From assembly GCA_025055765.1 (NCBI GenBank), contig JANWWS010000028.1, positions 57,216 to 121,215 of the forward strand: a DNA stretch of 64,000 nucleotides. The letters are read 5' to 3'. Shown in pieces: positions 23,378 to 32,229 of this stretch. The notes beneath the pieces were generated by a model. The model saw nothing but the letters and a program-made list of their open reading frames with translations. It did no database searches and was not told where the DNA came from. Each line of letters opens with the position of its first letter. Position 1 is the stretch's first letter. Both the position numbers and the translations under genes were made by a program. Source of the DNA: Leptospiraceae bacterium (GTDB lineage: Bacteria; Spirochaetota; Leptospiria; Turneriellales; Turneriellaceae).

Positions 23378-23691
23378 TGTCGCTTTCCATCGATAATTTA
23401 GACAAAAAAGTCCTTATCTCTATACAGACGCCACGCCTTACTGGGGAAAGTCGTCTTGTAGAGCAGGTACTACAAGCAAGCTTGGGAGAAGACATCGAAG
23501 AATTTGTTTTCGATTTTTCACGGGTCGAATATATAAATTCGCTGGGTATGGCCGAACTTGTAGCTCTTTACCATAACCTGAGCCGAATTTACAAAAAGCC
23601 ATTTCGATGGCGATTTACTCATCTCAACCCATCTATTGCGCGGATCTTACGCATGGTGGATCTCGGTAAGATTGCTCATATAGAGGATTAG
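23377..23691 (+). CDS. STAS-domain anti-sigma-factor antagonist (RsbV/SpoIIAA-like)
   Basis: 104 aa with YINSLGMAEL, matching the phosphorylatable Ser loop of SpoIIAA-type STAS domains. The start overlaps the kinase stop (TAATG). Confidence 0.7.
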   Translation: MSLSIDNLDKKVLISIQTPRLTGESRLVEQVLQASLGEDIEEFVFDFSRVEYINSLGMAELVALYHNLSRIYKKPFRWRFTHLNPSIARILRMVDLGKIAHIED

Positions 23692-24434
23692 AGACCAATA
23701 GCCATACCCCCATCGACTCGCAGTATAACACCAGTTATAAAATCGGCTTCGCTTGAAGCTAAAAAGCGAACCGCATAGGCAATGTCTTGGGGTGTACCTT
23801 GGCGGGGAAGGGGGATCTGCTTTTTGAGTTCTTCTTGAATTTCCGCTCTTAAGGCCGAGGTCATGTCGGTTTGGATATAACCAGGGCAGACTGCGTTAAC
23901 AGTAATGTTCCTGGGGGCAAGTTCTCTGGCTGCCGTTTTGGTCATAGCTATTACACCTGCTTTTGCCGAAGCATAGTTTGCCTGACCAGGCGAACCCACA
24001 AGTCCAGCTACGGAGGAGATGTTGATGATCTTACCCGACCGGGCTTTTACCATGGGCCGACTAGCAGCTTGCATACCGTTAAATACCCCTTTTAGGTTTA
24101 CACTTACTACCAAATCAAAATCCTCTTCCTTCATGCGTAAGAGCAGGTCATCCCGAATAACTCCTGCATTGTTCACCCAAATATCAAGCGAGCCAAATTG
24201 TTTTAGAGCTTCCTCCGCTAATTTGTGGCATTCTTCTTTTTGGGTGACATTACAGGCAACGGCTATTGCCCTAACCCCGTATTTCTGGGTGATTTCTTTT
24301 GCCGTTATTTGGGCTAAATCTACCTGAATATCTGAGATCACGACATTCGCCTGTTTCTCGGCAAAGGCCTCTGCAATGGCTCTGCCAATACCTCGAGCCG
24401 ATCCAGTTATGACTACCGTTTTATTTAAAAACAT
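23688..24434 (-). CDS. fabG: 3-oxoacyl-ACP reductase (SDR)
   Basis: TGSARGIG, NNAG and YxxxK (YASAKAG) motifs; 248 aa with a FabG-like end (RVDGGMAIG). Confidence 0.85.
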   Translation of the reverse strand: MFLNKTVVITGSARGIGRAIAEAFAEKQANVVISDIQVDLAQITAKEITQKYGVRAIAVACNVTQKEECHKLAEEALKQFGSLDIWVNNAGVIRDDLLLRMKEEDFDLVVSVNLKGVFNGMQAASRPMVKARSGKIINISSVAGLVGSPGQANYASAKAGVIAMTKTAARELAPRNITVNAVCPGYIQTDMTSALRAEIQEELKKQIPLPRQGTPQDIAYAVRFLASSEADFITGVILRVDGGMAIGL

Positions 24435-24557
24435 GATACAATGTTCACTTTTTTCCCCAGCCTGGCAATGAAAATTTTGGGATCTTGCTATTATTAACCT
24501 CGCGCAAGCTTACCTGGTTCTAAATCATGTTTTACAAAATGACTTAAAAAGAAAGCT

Positions 24558-26543
24558 TTGCCCGCCCACATGCTACAAGAAGAGCTTTCGAAGCTTGACA
24601 AGGAGTTTTTGGGCCGTATAGCTGAGATTTGGGGGGTTCCTAAACCTCCGAGTGAGAAACGAGCGCTAATCAATCTCCTCGTCAAAATCGCCACCGATGA
24701 ATATTACCTCAAAGGCGTTTTAGAAAAACTCACACCCATTCAGGTAAAAATTTATTCTCTCTTGGTTAGCTCGCGTACTACCCTTACTCTTGGTGAAATT
24801 TCACGAAAGATCAATTTGCAGCCTATCAATGCAGAAAAGGAACTTGCTGTCTTGGTGACGTTGATGCTTGTTTACCAGCGGAAAAATCGGGAGCGTATTA
24901 CCAATACAACGGATCGATATTATCCATTTGAGGAAATAAGGTCCCTAGTTTCTATTGATAGCAATCACAGAGGTGAAAAGTTTTTGGTAAGCATTAAAAA
25001 GGAAATAGAACTTCATGGGCCTGAAAAGTTCGACCCCAAATACATAGCTCTTTTGGGTCACAAAACAGGTCGTCGGGAGTTAGCGGAGTCTGCTGTAAAG
25101 CCAGAGACTCTTGCTAAAGTCTTGAAGACTTTGTCTGAAGCTGAGATGGTTCTCGTGGATGAGGCTTTTACCAATGGGGGCATAATAGAGATAAATTCAG
25201 CGCGGGTGCTCATGGATGAGAAAAAGCTACCCGTTGAAAAAACCATCCGACGCTTACACGCTTATAATATTTTAAGGGACGTCTATTTCATTGATGAGCG
25301 CTATGTGCGCGTGCTTGTTATACCTGTTGAGCTTTTCGAGTATTTAAAAAAGCAGCCTCTGTTTCCCAAAGCTGTTGGTATTAAGGAGCTTACACAGCGC
25401 AAGGTCTCAAATGAACTTGATTTTGTGTTAAACATGAAAAAGCTCCTCTTGTTTATTTCAAACAAAGGTCTAACTCTTTCTCAGGGTGAAAAATTAAAGC
25501 AGGCTGACATGAAGAAAAGTGAAAGTGCCCTGCTGAAGATGGACACAAACCTCTTTCCAGAAAAAAGCCAGATTCACCTCATTGAAATCCTTCTGCCATT
25601 TTTAAAGATGTTTGATCTAGTTGATATTCGTGGAGAGAACATTATCTTAAAAGAGAATTATGAAGAATTTTTAAGGCGAGAGCCTCTAGGTTTAATTAAA
25701 GATCTCATTGCAGAAACGGCACATGCTGCAGAAAAGCGTATGGTGGGCAACCCTGTCTTCTTGCCTCTCGAGATGCCTTTTTATCGCCGAACAATATTAG
25801 AGCGCTGTGTGCAGCTTATCAGTGAGGCGGGGGGACTTTATGTAAAGGTTTTAGTGGCTGAGCTCCTTAGGGAATGGGTTATTTTATCACCCGGCTTTCG
25901 CGTAAGAGATTTTAAGAACCTATACATTGAGCATCGCAGTGCCATTGTCTCAGCACTCTACTACATGCATATGTTTGGTCTTTTAGATGTAGAATATCCC
26001 AAAAGATTTATCCGCATTTCAGAACTGGGACGGCACTACTTCTTTAATGAGCCCTTAAGGGAAGATAATGCCCCCAATGCTGTAATTATTAATCCTGATG
26101 CTACTTTAATTGCAATTCCAGAAAAACTGTCTATTTTTGGAACCCACCTCTTAAAATCTTTTGCCGAATTAAAAGATTTTGATAAAGTCTATCATTTTCA
26201 AATCACCAAAGAAACGTTACAAGATGGTTTGCTTTTGGGCAATAAGATTGATACTTTTATTGAATTCTTAAATTCTGTTTCGAAAACTAAAATCCCGCAA
26301 AACCTGCTGTATTTAATTTATGAATGGACAGAACAGTTACCAATAGTTACCATTGAGGAAGGAGTAGTGCTTCTAGAGACTTCGGATCCGAAACTTACCG
26401 ATTTACTATTAGGACAGCTAAGGGGAAAGAAAATTATACGTAAAGAGCTTTCTCCTACAGCCATGGTTATTGAAAAAAAGAAACTAAAGGAGGTCATGGA
26501 AATTGCAGAGAAACTAGAAATGATTGTAAAATTAATTCGATGA
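24558..26543 (+). CDS. conserved hypothetical protein; C-terminal region resembles the Helicase_C_3 / XPB-N-terminal-type domain
   Basis: 661 aa. Residues ~508-660 (INPDATLIAIPEKL...VYHFQITKETLQDGLLLGNKIDTFIEFLNSVSKTKIPQNLLYLIYEW...VVLLETSDPKLTDLLLG) follow the pattern I associate with PF13625. This is a by-eye call only. Confidence 0.45.
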   Translation: MPAHMLQEELSKLDKEFLGRIAEIWGVPKPPSEKRALINLLVKIATDEYYLKGVLEKLTPIQVKIYSLLVSSRTTLTLGEISRKINLQPINAEKELAVLVTLMLVYQRKNRERITNTTDRYYPFEEIRSLVSIDSNHRGEKFLVSIKKEIELHGPEKFDPKYIALLGHKTGRRELAESAVKPETLAKVLKTLSEAEMVLVDEAFTNGGIIEINSARVLMDEKKLPVEKTIRRLHAYNILRDVYFIDERYVRVLVIPVELFEYLKKQPLFPKAVGIKELTQRKVSNELDFVLNMKKLLLFISNKGLTLSQGEKLKQADMKKSESALLKMDTNLFPEKSQIHLIEILLPFLKMFDLVDIRGENIILKENYEEFLRREPLGLIKDLIAETAHAAEKRMVGNPVFLPLEMPFYRRTILERCVQLISEAGGLYVKVLVAELLREWVILSPGFRVRDFKNLYIEHRSAIVSALYYMHMFGLLDVEYPKRFIRISELGRHYFFNEPLREDNAPNAVIINPDATLIAIPEKLSIFGTHLLKSFAELKDFDKVYHFQITKETLQDGLLLGNKIDTFIEFLNSVSKTKIPQNLLYLIYEWTEQLPIVTIEEGVVLLETSDPKLTDLLLGQLRGKKIIRKELSPTAMVIEKKKLKEVMEIAEKLEMIVKLIR

Positions 26544-27142
26544 GGTTTGTTTTAAAAATCGTCTTTTGCAATCTTTGTTTTTGGCAGTCTTGCCAAGCTG
26601 TTATGAAAAGGCAAATGCTGGAGTCTTCTGAGGTTTATTTGGAAATTCCCAAGCTCAGCTTAGCTGAGCATGAGGTAGGTTATATTCTTTTTGATGGCGG
26701 CGATCAAGTAGGTTTATTTCCTGTGCCTGGGGAGAGTATTGCCTATAACGAGTATTATGATCAGCAAGTATATCTTGAGCCTTTTGAAACCGAAGACGAG
26801 ACGGGTAGGGCTGGCAATTGGGGGGCAATCCGTATTCGCTGGGATAGGGAAAAGGTATTAAAGAAAAGCTATTACTACAAGCGGCTTATTGAGAGAGTAT
26901 GCGGTGATGAATTTAAGCTTTATTATTTTAGTTTAAGGAAATGGCGAGACGGGCCTCAGGTAATAGAATCAAAAAGCAAAGAACATTTACATGATAACTG
27001 TCCTCAGAATTTAAATCCTGAGATACCTATCACCTATGCGCAACGGGCGGTGCAAGAAAAAGTCTATGCAAGGCCTCTGCCTTATGAGAAAAAATGGCTT
27101 GATGGCAAATGGCATGTCTTGGTTTACTTTGATGGTCCTTGA
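26540..27142 (+). CDS. hypothetical protein
   Basis: 200 aa. The ATG overlaps the upstream TGA (ATGA). No recognisable motif; N-terminus is hydrophobic and Cys-rich. Confidence 0.55.
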   Translation: MRFVLKIVFCNLCFWQSCQAVMKRQMLESSEVYLEIPKLSLAEHEVGYILFDGGDQVGLFPVPGESIAYNEYYDQQVYLEPFETEDETGRAGNWGAIRIRWDREKVLKKSYYYKRLIERVCGDEFKLYYFSLRKWRDGPQVIESKSKEHLHDNCPQNLNPEIPITYAQRAVQEKVYARPLPYEKKWLDGKWHVLVYFDGP

Positions 27143-28443
27143 AAGTTGAGACAAAAAATTACTTTGAATTTTACTTTTGCGAAAATGATGTTTTTTACCT
27201 ACAAAGTGAAAGGCACCCTCTTTGGCGAGTAGAAAATGAAGATATAGACAAACTTTGCAACTGCTGGCACGCCGAGGATTTTGCCCTTCCTTTGTTTTTG
27301 CGTACTATGGGCAAAAAAGCCGGTAAAGTAAACTATCCCCCCCTTGCCCGTGTGGAACTTTTACCAGATAGGGTTAAGCTTATACCCCTTGAATCATTTC
27401 TTCTGCCTCATAGCGAGCTTATCTTTTATCAATATCCCAATAAGCAAGATGTAACGCCCCTTAATCAAAGAGGGGAGCAGACAATTAAAAAACCCGCCTT
27501 TTCTGTTCAAGAAATTTGGCTTAAGCAAGAAAACAATTACTGGTTACTTGCGCGTCAGGAAGTCCTCATCCCCGATGATTATAAAGACATTTACAACTAT
27601 CAAAATGAACCTATATTGTCGGTTAAGTCATTACTTGACCCAAATGGTGGCTTGGAGAGGCTAATGAGAGATATTCAAGACAACAAGTGGCCTCTGCCAC
27701 GTAAGGGAGAGATGTTGAGCTTGCTTAAGATATTGCAGGCAGCCTCTCCTCGTGATGAGATCAATATTTTAGCTAATATTCGCAAGGATGATCCAACTTT
27801 TTACGAGTTAGTAGAAAAGCGTCTCATAACACCCCTTCTTGTACCCTACATGAGCCGAAACGAGGTGAGTAAAGTTTTGCAAAATTTAGACGAGAAATCT
27901 CTGCAGCATGCTCTACAAGACAAAGAACAACGAGAGCTCTTTCGTCCTTTTTTTTCGCGCAATCGTTTTCACGACCTTATGCGCCCCTTGGTTTCCTATG
28001 AAAAAATTGACTTATGGGAATTTGTTTTGGAGAGTTACCGCACTAAGTTTTCCTTTGCTAAGGCGGAGAAAAAAACACGATATTTTTATGCGGAACTTAC
28101 TCCCCCGCGTAATGTCGCGGTAAAGCCTGTCGAGTTTTTAAATAGCAGCCGTGACATGGGCGTCGCAGGCTACCGATCCCCAAAACTTTATATTGTTGTA
28201 GAAAAATATTTCCAAAATTTGTGGATTTACCCACAAATTAAAAAAGATAGCTATCGTTACTTGCATTTTAAGGATATTGGCCCTGGTATTCTTATTCTAG
28301 ACGATATCCCTCAACGGCCAGGCTATGTTTTGTTTGCCGGCATTTTAGCAAAGGAAGGCTATGAGGCTATTTCTGTAGATATAATGCGCTTTTGTTCCAC
28401 AAAGGAGCCTAATTTTTTTCATGGTCAAAGCTCAAGGATCTAG
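27139..28443 (+). CDS. hypothetical protein with FliG_C/MgtE_N-like helical segment
   Basis: 434 aa. TTG start overlaps the upstream TGA (cTTGAaa). Residues ~190-285 (DDPTFYELVEKRLITPLLVPYMSRNEVSKVLQNLDEKSLQHALQDKEQRELFRPFFSRNRFHDL) resemble the FliG C-terminal repeat. Confidence 0.45.
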   Translation: MKVETKNYFEFYFCENDVFYLQSERHPLWRVENEDIDKLCNCWHAEDFALPLFLRTMGKKAGKVNYPPLARVELLPDRVKLIPLESFLLPHSELIFYQYPNKQDVTPLNQRGEQTIKKPAFSVQEIWLKQENNYWLLARQEVLIPDDYKDIYNYQNEPILSVKSLLDPNGGLERLMRDIQDNKWPLPRKGEMLSLLKILQAASPRDEINILANIRKDDPTFYELVEKRLITPLLVPYMSRNEVSKVLQNLDEKSLQHALQDKEQRELFRPFFSRNRFHDLMRPLVSYEKIDLWEFVLESYRTKFSFAKAEKKTRYFYAELTPPRNVAVKPVEFLNSSRDMGVAGYRSPKLYIVVEKYFQNLWIYPQIKKDSYRYLHFKDIGPGILILDDIPQRPGYVLFAGILAKEGYEAISVDIMRFCSTKEPNFFHGQSSRI

Positions 28444-28455
28444 GTAATTTATTCT

Positions 28456-29061
28456 ATGACGGTTTGGGAAACGCATCCCGTAAACCCACAAAAGCGTAAC
28501 CTAGATCAAGTAGCCTATGCGCTAAACCGGGGAGAGGTCATTATTCTTCCTACGGATACGGTTTATGCTTTAACTGCTAAGGCGAACTGCCATGAAGCTG
28601 TCTTACGTATTTATAGGCTAAAAAATCTTCCTGAAAATAAGCCATTGGCCCTCTATTGTGTTAATTTCGGGCAGGCTGCTCAATTTATCCGCATGGATAA
28701 CAACCAGGTCTACCGTTATGTAAAAAGGATTATCCCGGGGCCCTATACGTTAGTTTTTACTGCCTCAAAAAATCTCCCTGCCTATACCCTTACTAAACAA
28801 AAGACAGTAGGTATCCGCATTGTGGATCATCCTGTGGTAAAGGGACTTTTAGAAAGACTAGATTTTCCCTTAATAGGCACAAGTGTTGTCTTGGAAGACC
28901 CCTACCTGGCCTATCCTGAAGAAATTGAAGATAAATATGGTAAACTCGTGGATGGCTTTGTCAATTGCGGCCCCATACCCTTGGAGTACTCGACCATTCT
29001 TGACTGTCGTGCATACCCGCCCGTTCTTCTTCGGCAAGGCAAGGGTGTTTTCGTGGGATAA
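28456..29061 (+). CDS. tsaC: L-threonylcarbamoyladenylate synthase (TsaC/YrdC)
   Basis: ILPTDTVYAL, KPLAL and SVGIRI-like YrdC-domain motifs; 201 aa. Confidence 0.85.
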   Translation: MTVWETHPVNPQKRNLDQVAYALNRGEVIILPTDTVYALTAKANCHEAVLRIYRLKNLPENKPLALYCVNFGQAAQFIRMDNNQVYRYVKRIIPGPYTLVFTASKNLPAYTLTKQKTVGIRIVDHPVVKGLLERLDFPLIGTSVVLEDPYLAYPEEIEDKYGKLVDGFVNCGPIPLEYSTILDCRAYPPVLLRQGKGVFVG

Positions 29062-32000
29062 TTAGGGGAGAGCCGTGTCTTCCTCGGCAAAAGGTGGGAT
29101 AAAGTCCATGATGACGGGATAAAGTTCCTTTTCTTCAAGTCCTTTTCTCTTAAAAGCAAGTTTTATATTAAGCTGGGCCGTTTCGTTTTCTTCTTCTATT
29201 CGCTTACTGTAGTTTAGGGAGCTATAGTAATGGAGCAAGGCTTCTTTTTCTAGATTTTTCATTTCATAAATGGCCCCCAGGTTGTTTTCGATCATGGAAA
29301 GGTAGGTAAAAATACGATTGTGCATGGTGTTAGCACGAGAGGGCTTTTTGATGCTCTCGGCTAGGCGGGCATACTTTTCTTTAAGAAATAAAAGATGACC
29401 CATGGCCATATTTAGGTAGGTGTCTCTGCTTTGAGGATCTAGGAGCGCGGCACGGTAGAGACCATGGGATTTTGCTAAATCAATACTGGGGAAGCGTTTT
29501 TGCATATCTGTGGGGATCTCTTCCCAATATGCGAGAGCTTTTGGGTAGTTCCCGCGAGCGTAGGCAGACCAACCGGAGTAGTACAAGAGCTCTGCCCGTT
29601 TAGCTTTATTAAAAACACCACGCTCTTTAGCCTCATTAAAGTAGACGTCAATCTGATCTAATTGGCTTAAAAAGGCCAGTCTGCCATATTCATCTTGGCC
29701 TTGGTAGCGATCAATTTCGGCCATGCGCTGGAAGCGCTCGGTTTGGCCTAAGCCTTGCACAAGAGCTAAGTACATTGCCTTACCTAAATTAAAAGGTATA
29801 ATGCCTAAATCAGCTTCAAGCAAAGTTTCATCTTCAAGTTCATCCCCAATAAGTTCTAGCTCGGCGGGCGAGATTTTTTCGTAGGCGAGTTTAAGAAGAT
29901 CCATGGCAGCAGCGTAGTCCTTAATTTCCATAAGCATTTCCGCATGTTCGTTGAGAGCCAGAAAATGGCGGGGATTGTACTTATAGGCGTATTCCATTTG
30001 TTTCATTGCCATACGCAGCTGCTTTCGGCTGTAGCGGTAAAATCGCCCTCTCTGGTAGTAGCCCTCGGCAAAGGTATCCCCCCTTTTTACATTGCCATAA
30101 ATGTCTTTTTCTTGCGTGGTAAACAGGGTGATGAGGAGGGCTTCTGCCCGATCTTTGAGATCCTCGCCTGTAACGGAATCGGTGGGGGAGAGATTGAACC
30201 GGATTCTCATGTCATCGCTTGGAGGTAAGTCAATATAAAAAGCGGCCAGGCGTGCGAGCAAAAACATAGGGAGTTTTTCTTCTAATTTTAGTTCATGTTT
30301 AATAATGCTGTGCTGTTGGATGACGAGCCGAGGGTCCTGGGTTGTTTGGTATAGCTTAAGCAAACATTGCATTACTCCTGTCTGTCCTGGGACGCTATAG
30401 GGATCCTCTCGGGTGATTTTCTCAAAATACTCTAGGGCGCGGTAATAGTCTTTCTGGTAGTAGTAGACATTGCCTATGCCGGAGATGGCATAGGTTAGGT
30501 ATTTTTCTTTTTCAAATAAAGGGGTTTCTACCTTAAAGGTGAGTAGTCTCTTAAAGTAATCAATAGCTAAAAGATTATTGTGGTAAGGGCTTTGGCGAAA
30601 CTTTTTAGCAGGATTGGAATGGAATTGACCTAAGGCTAAGAGTACTTGGGCGTTTTCTTTTTTGCGAATAAGTTGGCTGATAAGAAAGGCCCCATACTTT
30701 TTGAGCGTAAGCTTGAGTCCATTTAAGGATATAACTTCTTCGTTTTTGTTGGCATATTCAACAAAGGGTACTTTTTCCAAAATCCCCCAGATTTCCTCCA
30801 CCGAGTTGATTTCCCGATTAGCGAGTTTTTGTCGCTGCCTATTTTCTACGAGTTCAAGCTTACCAAATAATTTTTCAAAGGCCTGAGGATACTTGCCCGC
30901 CTTTTTATACGCATCGGCAAATTGGAGATAGGCATAATAATCATGAGGGTAATAGGTGAGAGCCTTTTCAAAAAGCTCTTCTGCTTTTGTGAAGCTCTCT
31001 GGCTTTTCTTTTTCGTATAAGATCAAGTTTCTGCCTTGAGAGATAAGTTTACGGTAAAGATAGGGCTTTAAGATACCAAACCATCCGCCAAAGGCAATTA
31101 GAATAATAAGTAGCGCAGCAATAGTGAGATTTCTCGAGAGCCTAAGCAGTTTTGCTTGGCGCTCCATGCCAGCTGCCGTATAGGCTGGCCGGCTTGCTAC
31201 GGTGCGCACTTTCTTGGGTTTTTCTTTTTCTTCAACTTTTATGCCGCTTTTTGCCTGTAGGAGCTCGGCTACTTCCCTAGCCTCTTTTTCTGCTAATATG
31301 GCATCGACAATTTCCCGGGTATCTTGTGGGGTGAGCTTATCCTCGAGAACTGCTTCTATAAAGGCTGCTCGTATACCAGAAGGGTAGGTTTTTAAGATGC
31401 GGCGAAGATCGCGTAGTTCTGTAGGAGAGAACGTAACAATCTCGCGCGCTTCTTGAGCGAGAGAGCTTAGTTCTTGCGAAAGATCTGTGAGAGGGCCCTG
31501 GCTTTGGGATAAAACGACCTCTGGCTGCAGCTCCTCAAGAGAAGGTGGCTCGGGATATTCGGGAATGGGTTGGCTAAAATCTTCGCTTGGGGGAGGGGAT
31601 GGAACTTCAAGAGAAAGTTCGGGTACAGAAAGGGTGGGCTCTTTTTCGAAAATATCCTCCGCAGGTAGGGAAAGCTCCTGAGAAACACCCTCGGCAAAGG
31701 GTGGAGCTTGTTCTTCCCCAAGAGAAAATTCGCTAGGCTCAAAAGCAACAGGCTCTGGGAGAGTCTCCGCCATAGATGGTATTTCAGGCTCTGGGGGAGC
31801 TGGCGGTTGCTCAATGCTGGGCACCTCGAGAGGTGGTGTTAAAGCTTCTTCTGAGATAGGTGGGGGCGGAGGCTCTGCTTCGCCTAGACCTAGTTCTGGG
31901 ATTTCTTCTTCAATAGGGGTAAATTTTCCTAGGTCAATACGGGGAGGTCTCGGCTCTTCTTCTATTATTTCCTGTGGAGTTTCGGGGAGTTCTTCACCCT

Positions 32001-32145
32001 CTTCCTGCGGTATGAACTCGCCTTCGGTTGGGGGGAGATCTACTTGCCCCGGTGCACGGTTAAAAAAGGAAGTTAGCTCGCGGATCTGGGCGAGTTCTTC
32101 CTCGGTGTACTCTACAGGTTCGGAAGGTTTTTTTTCTTGCTCCAT
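29062..32145 (-). CDS. large membrane protein: Pro/Glu-rich disordered N-terminus, one TM helix, long TPR-like C-terminal region
   Basis: 1027 aa. The first ~230 aa are Pro/Glu-rich low complexity. TM helix LTIAALLIILIAFGGWFGIL is followed by ~650 aa of TPR-like helical repeats. Confidence 0.6.
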   Translation of the reverse strand: MEQEKKPSEPVEYTEEELAQIRELTSFFNRAPGQVDLPPTEGEFIPQEEGEELPETPQEIIEEEPRPPRIDLGKFTPIEEEIPELGLGEAEPPPPPISEEALTPPLEVPSIEQPPAPPEPEIPSMAETLPEPVAFEPSEFSLGEEQAPPFAEGVSQELSLPAEDIFEKEPTLSVPELSLEVPSPPPSEDFSQPIPEYPEPPSLEELQPEVVLSQSQGPLTDLSQELSSLAQEAREIVTFSPTELRDLRRILKTYPSGIRAAFIEAVLEDKLTPQDTREIVDAILAEKEAREVAELLQAKSGIKVEEKEKPKKVRTVASRPAYTAAGMERQAKLLRLSRNLTIAALLIILIAFGGWFGILKPYLYRKLISQGRNLILYEKEKPESFTKAEELFEKALTYYPHDYYAYLQFADAYKKAGKYPQAFEKLFGKLELVENRQRQKLANREINSVEEIWGILEKVPFVEYANKNEEVISLNGLKLTLKKYGAFLISQLIRKKENAQVLLALGQFHSNPAKKFRQSPYHNNLLAIDYFKRLLTFKVETPLFEKEKYLTYAISGIGNVYYYQKDYYRALEYFEKITREDPYSVPGQTGVMQCLLKLYQTTQDPRLVIQQHSIIKHELKLEEKLPMFLLARLAAFYIDLPPSDDMRIRFNLSPTDSVTGEDLKDRAEALLITLFTTQEKDIYGNVKRGDTFAEGYYQRGRFYRYSRKQLRMAMKQMEYAYKYNPRHFLALNEHAEMLMEIKDYAAAMDLLKLAYEKISPAELELIGDELEDETLLEADLGIIPFNLGKAMYLALVQGLGQTERFQRMAEIDRYQGQDEYGRLAFLSQLDQIDVYFNEAKERGVFNKAKRAELLYYSGWSAYARGNYPKALAYWEEIPTDMQKRFPSIDLAKSHGLYRAALLDPQSRDTYLNMAMGHLLFLKEKYARLAESIKKPSRANTMHNRIFTYLSMIENNLGAIYEMKNLEKEALLHYYSSLNYSKRIEEENETAQLNIKLAFKRKGLEEKELYPVIMDFIPPFAEEDTALP

Positions 32146-32229
32146 CTCTTACATAGGAAAATTTACTCGAAGGCCAAAGAAATTTTCCCGATTTTTATAT
32201 CGACCCAAACAAAAATTTCTTCAAGAACT

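Noticed and set aside
24462-24480. Sigma-54-like CTGGCAATGAAAATTTTGG upstream of the 661-aa gene
   Set aside because: The -24 GG and TGGCA are present, but no TTGC/-12 GC element sits at the required spacing. It does not fit TGGCAC-N5-TTGC.
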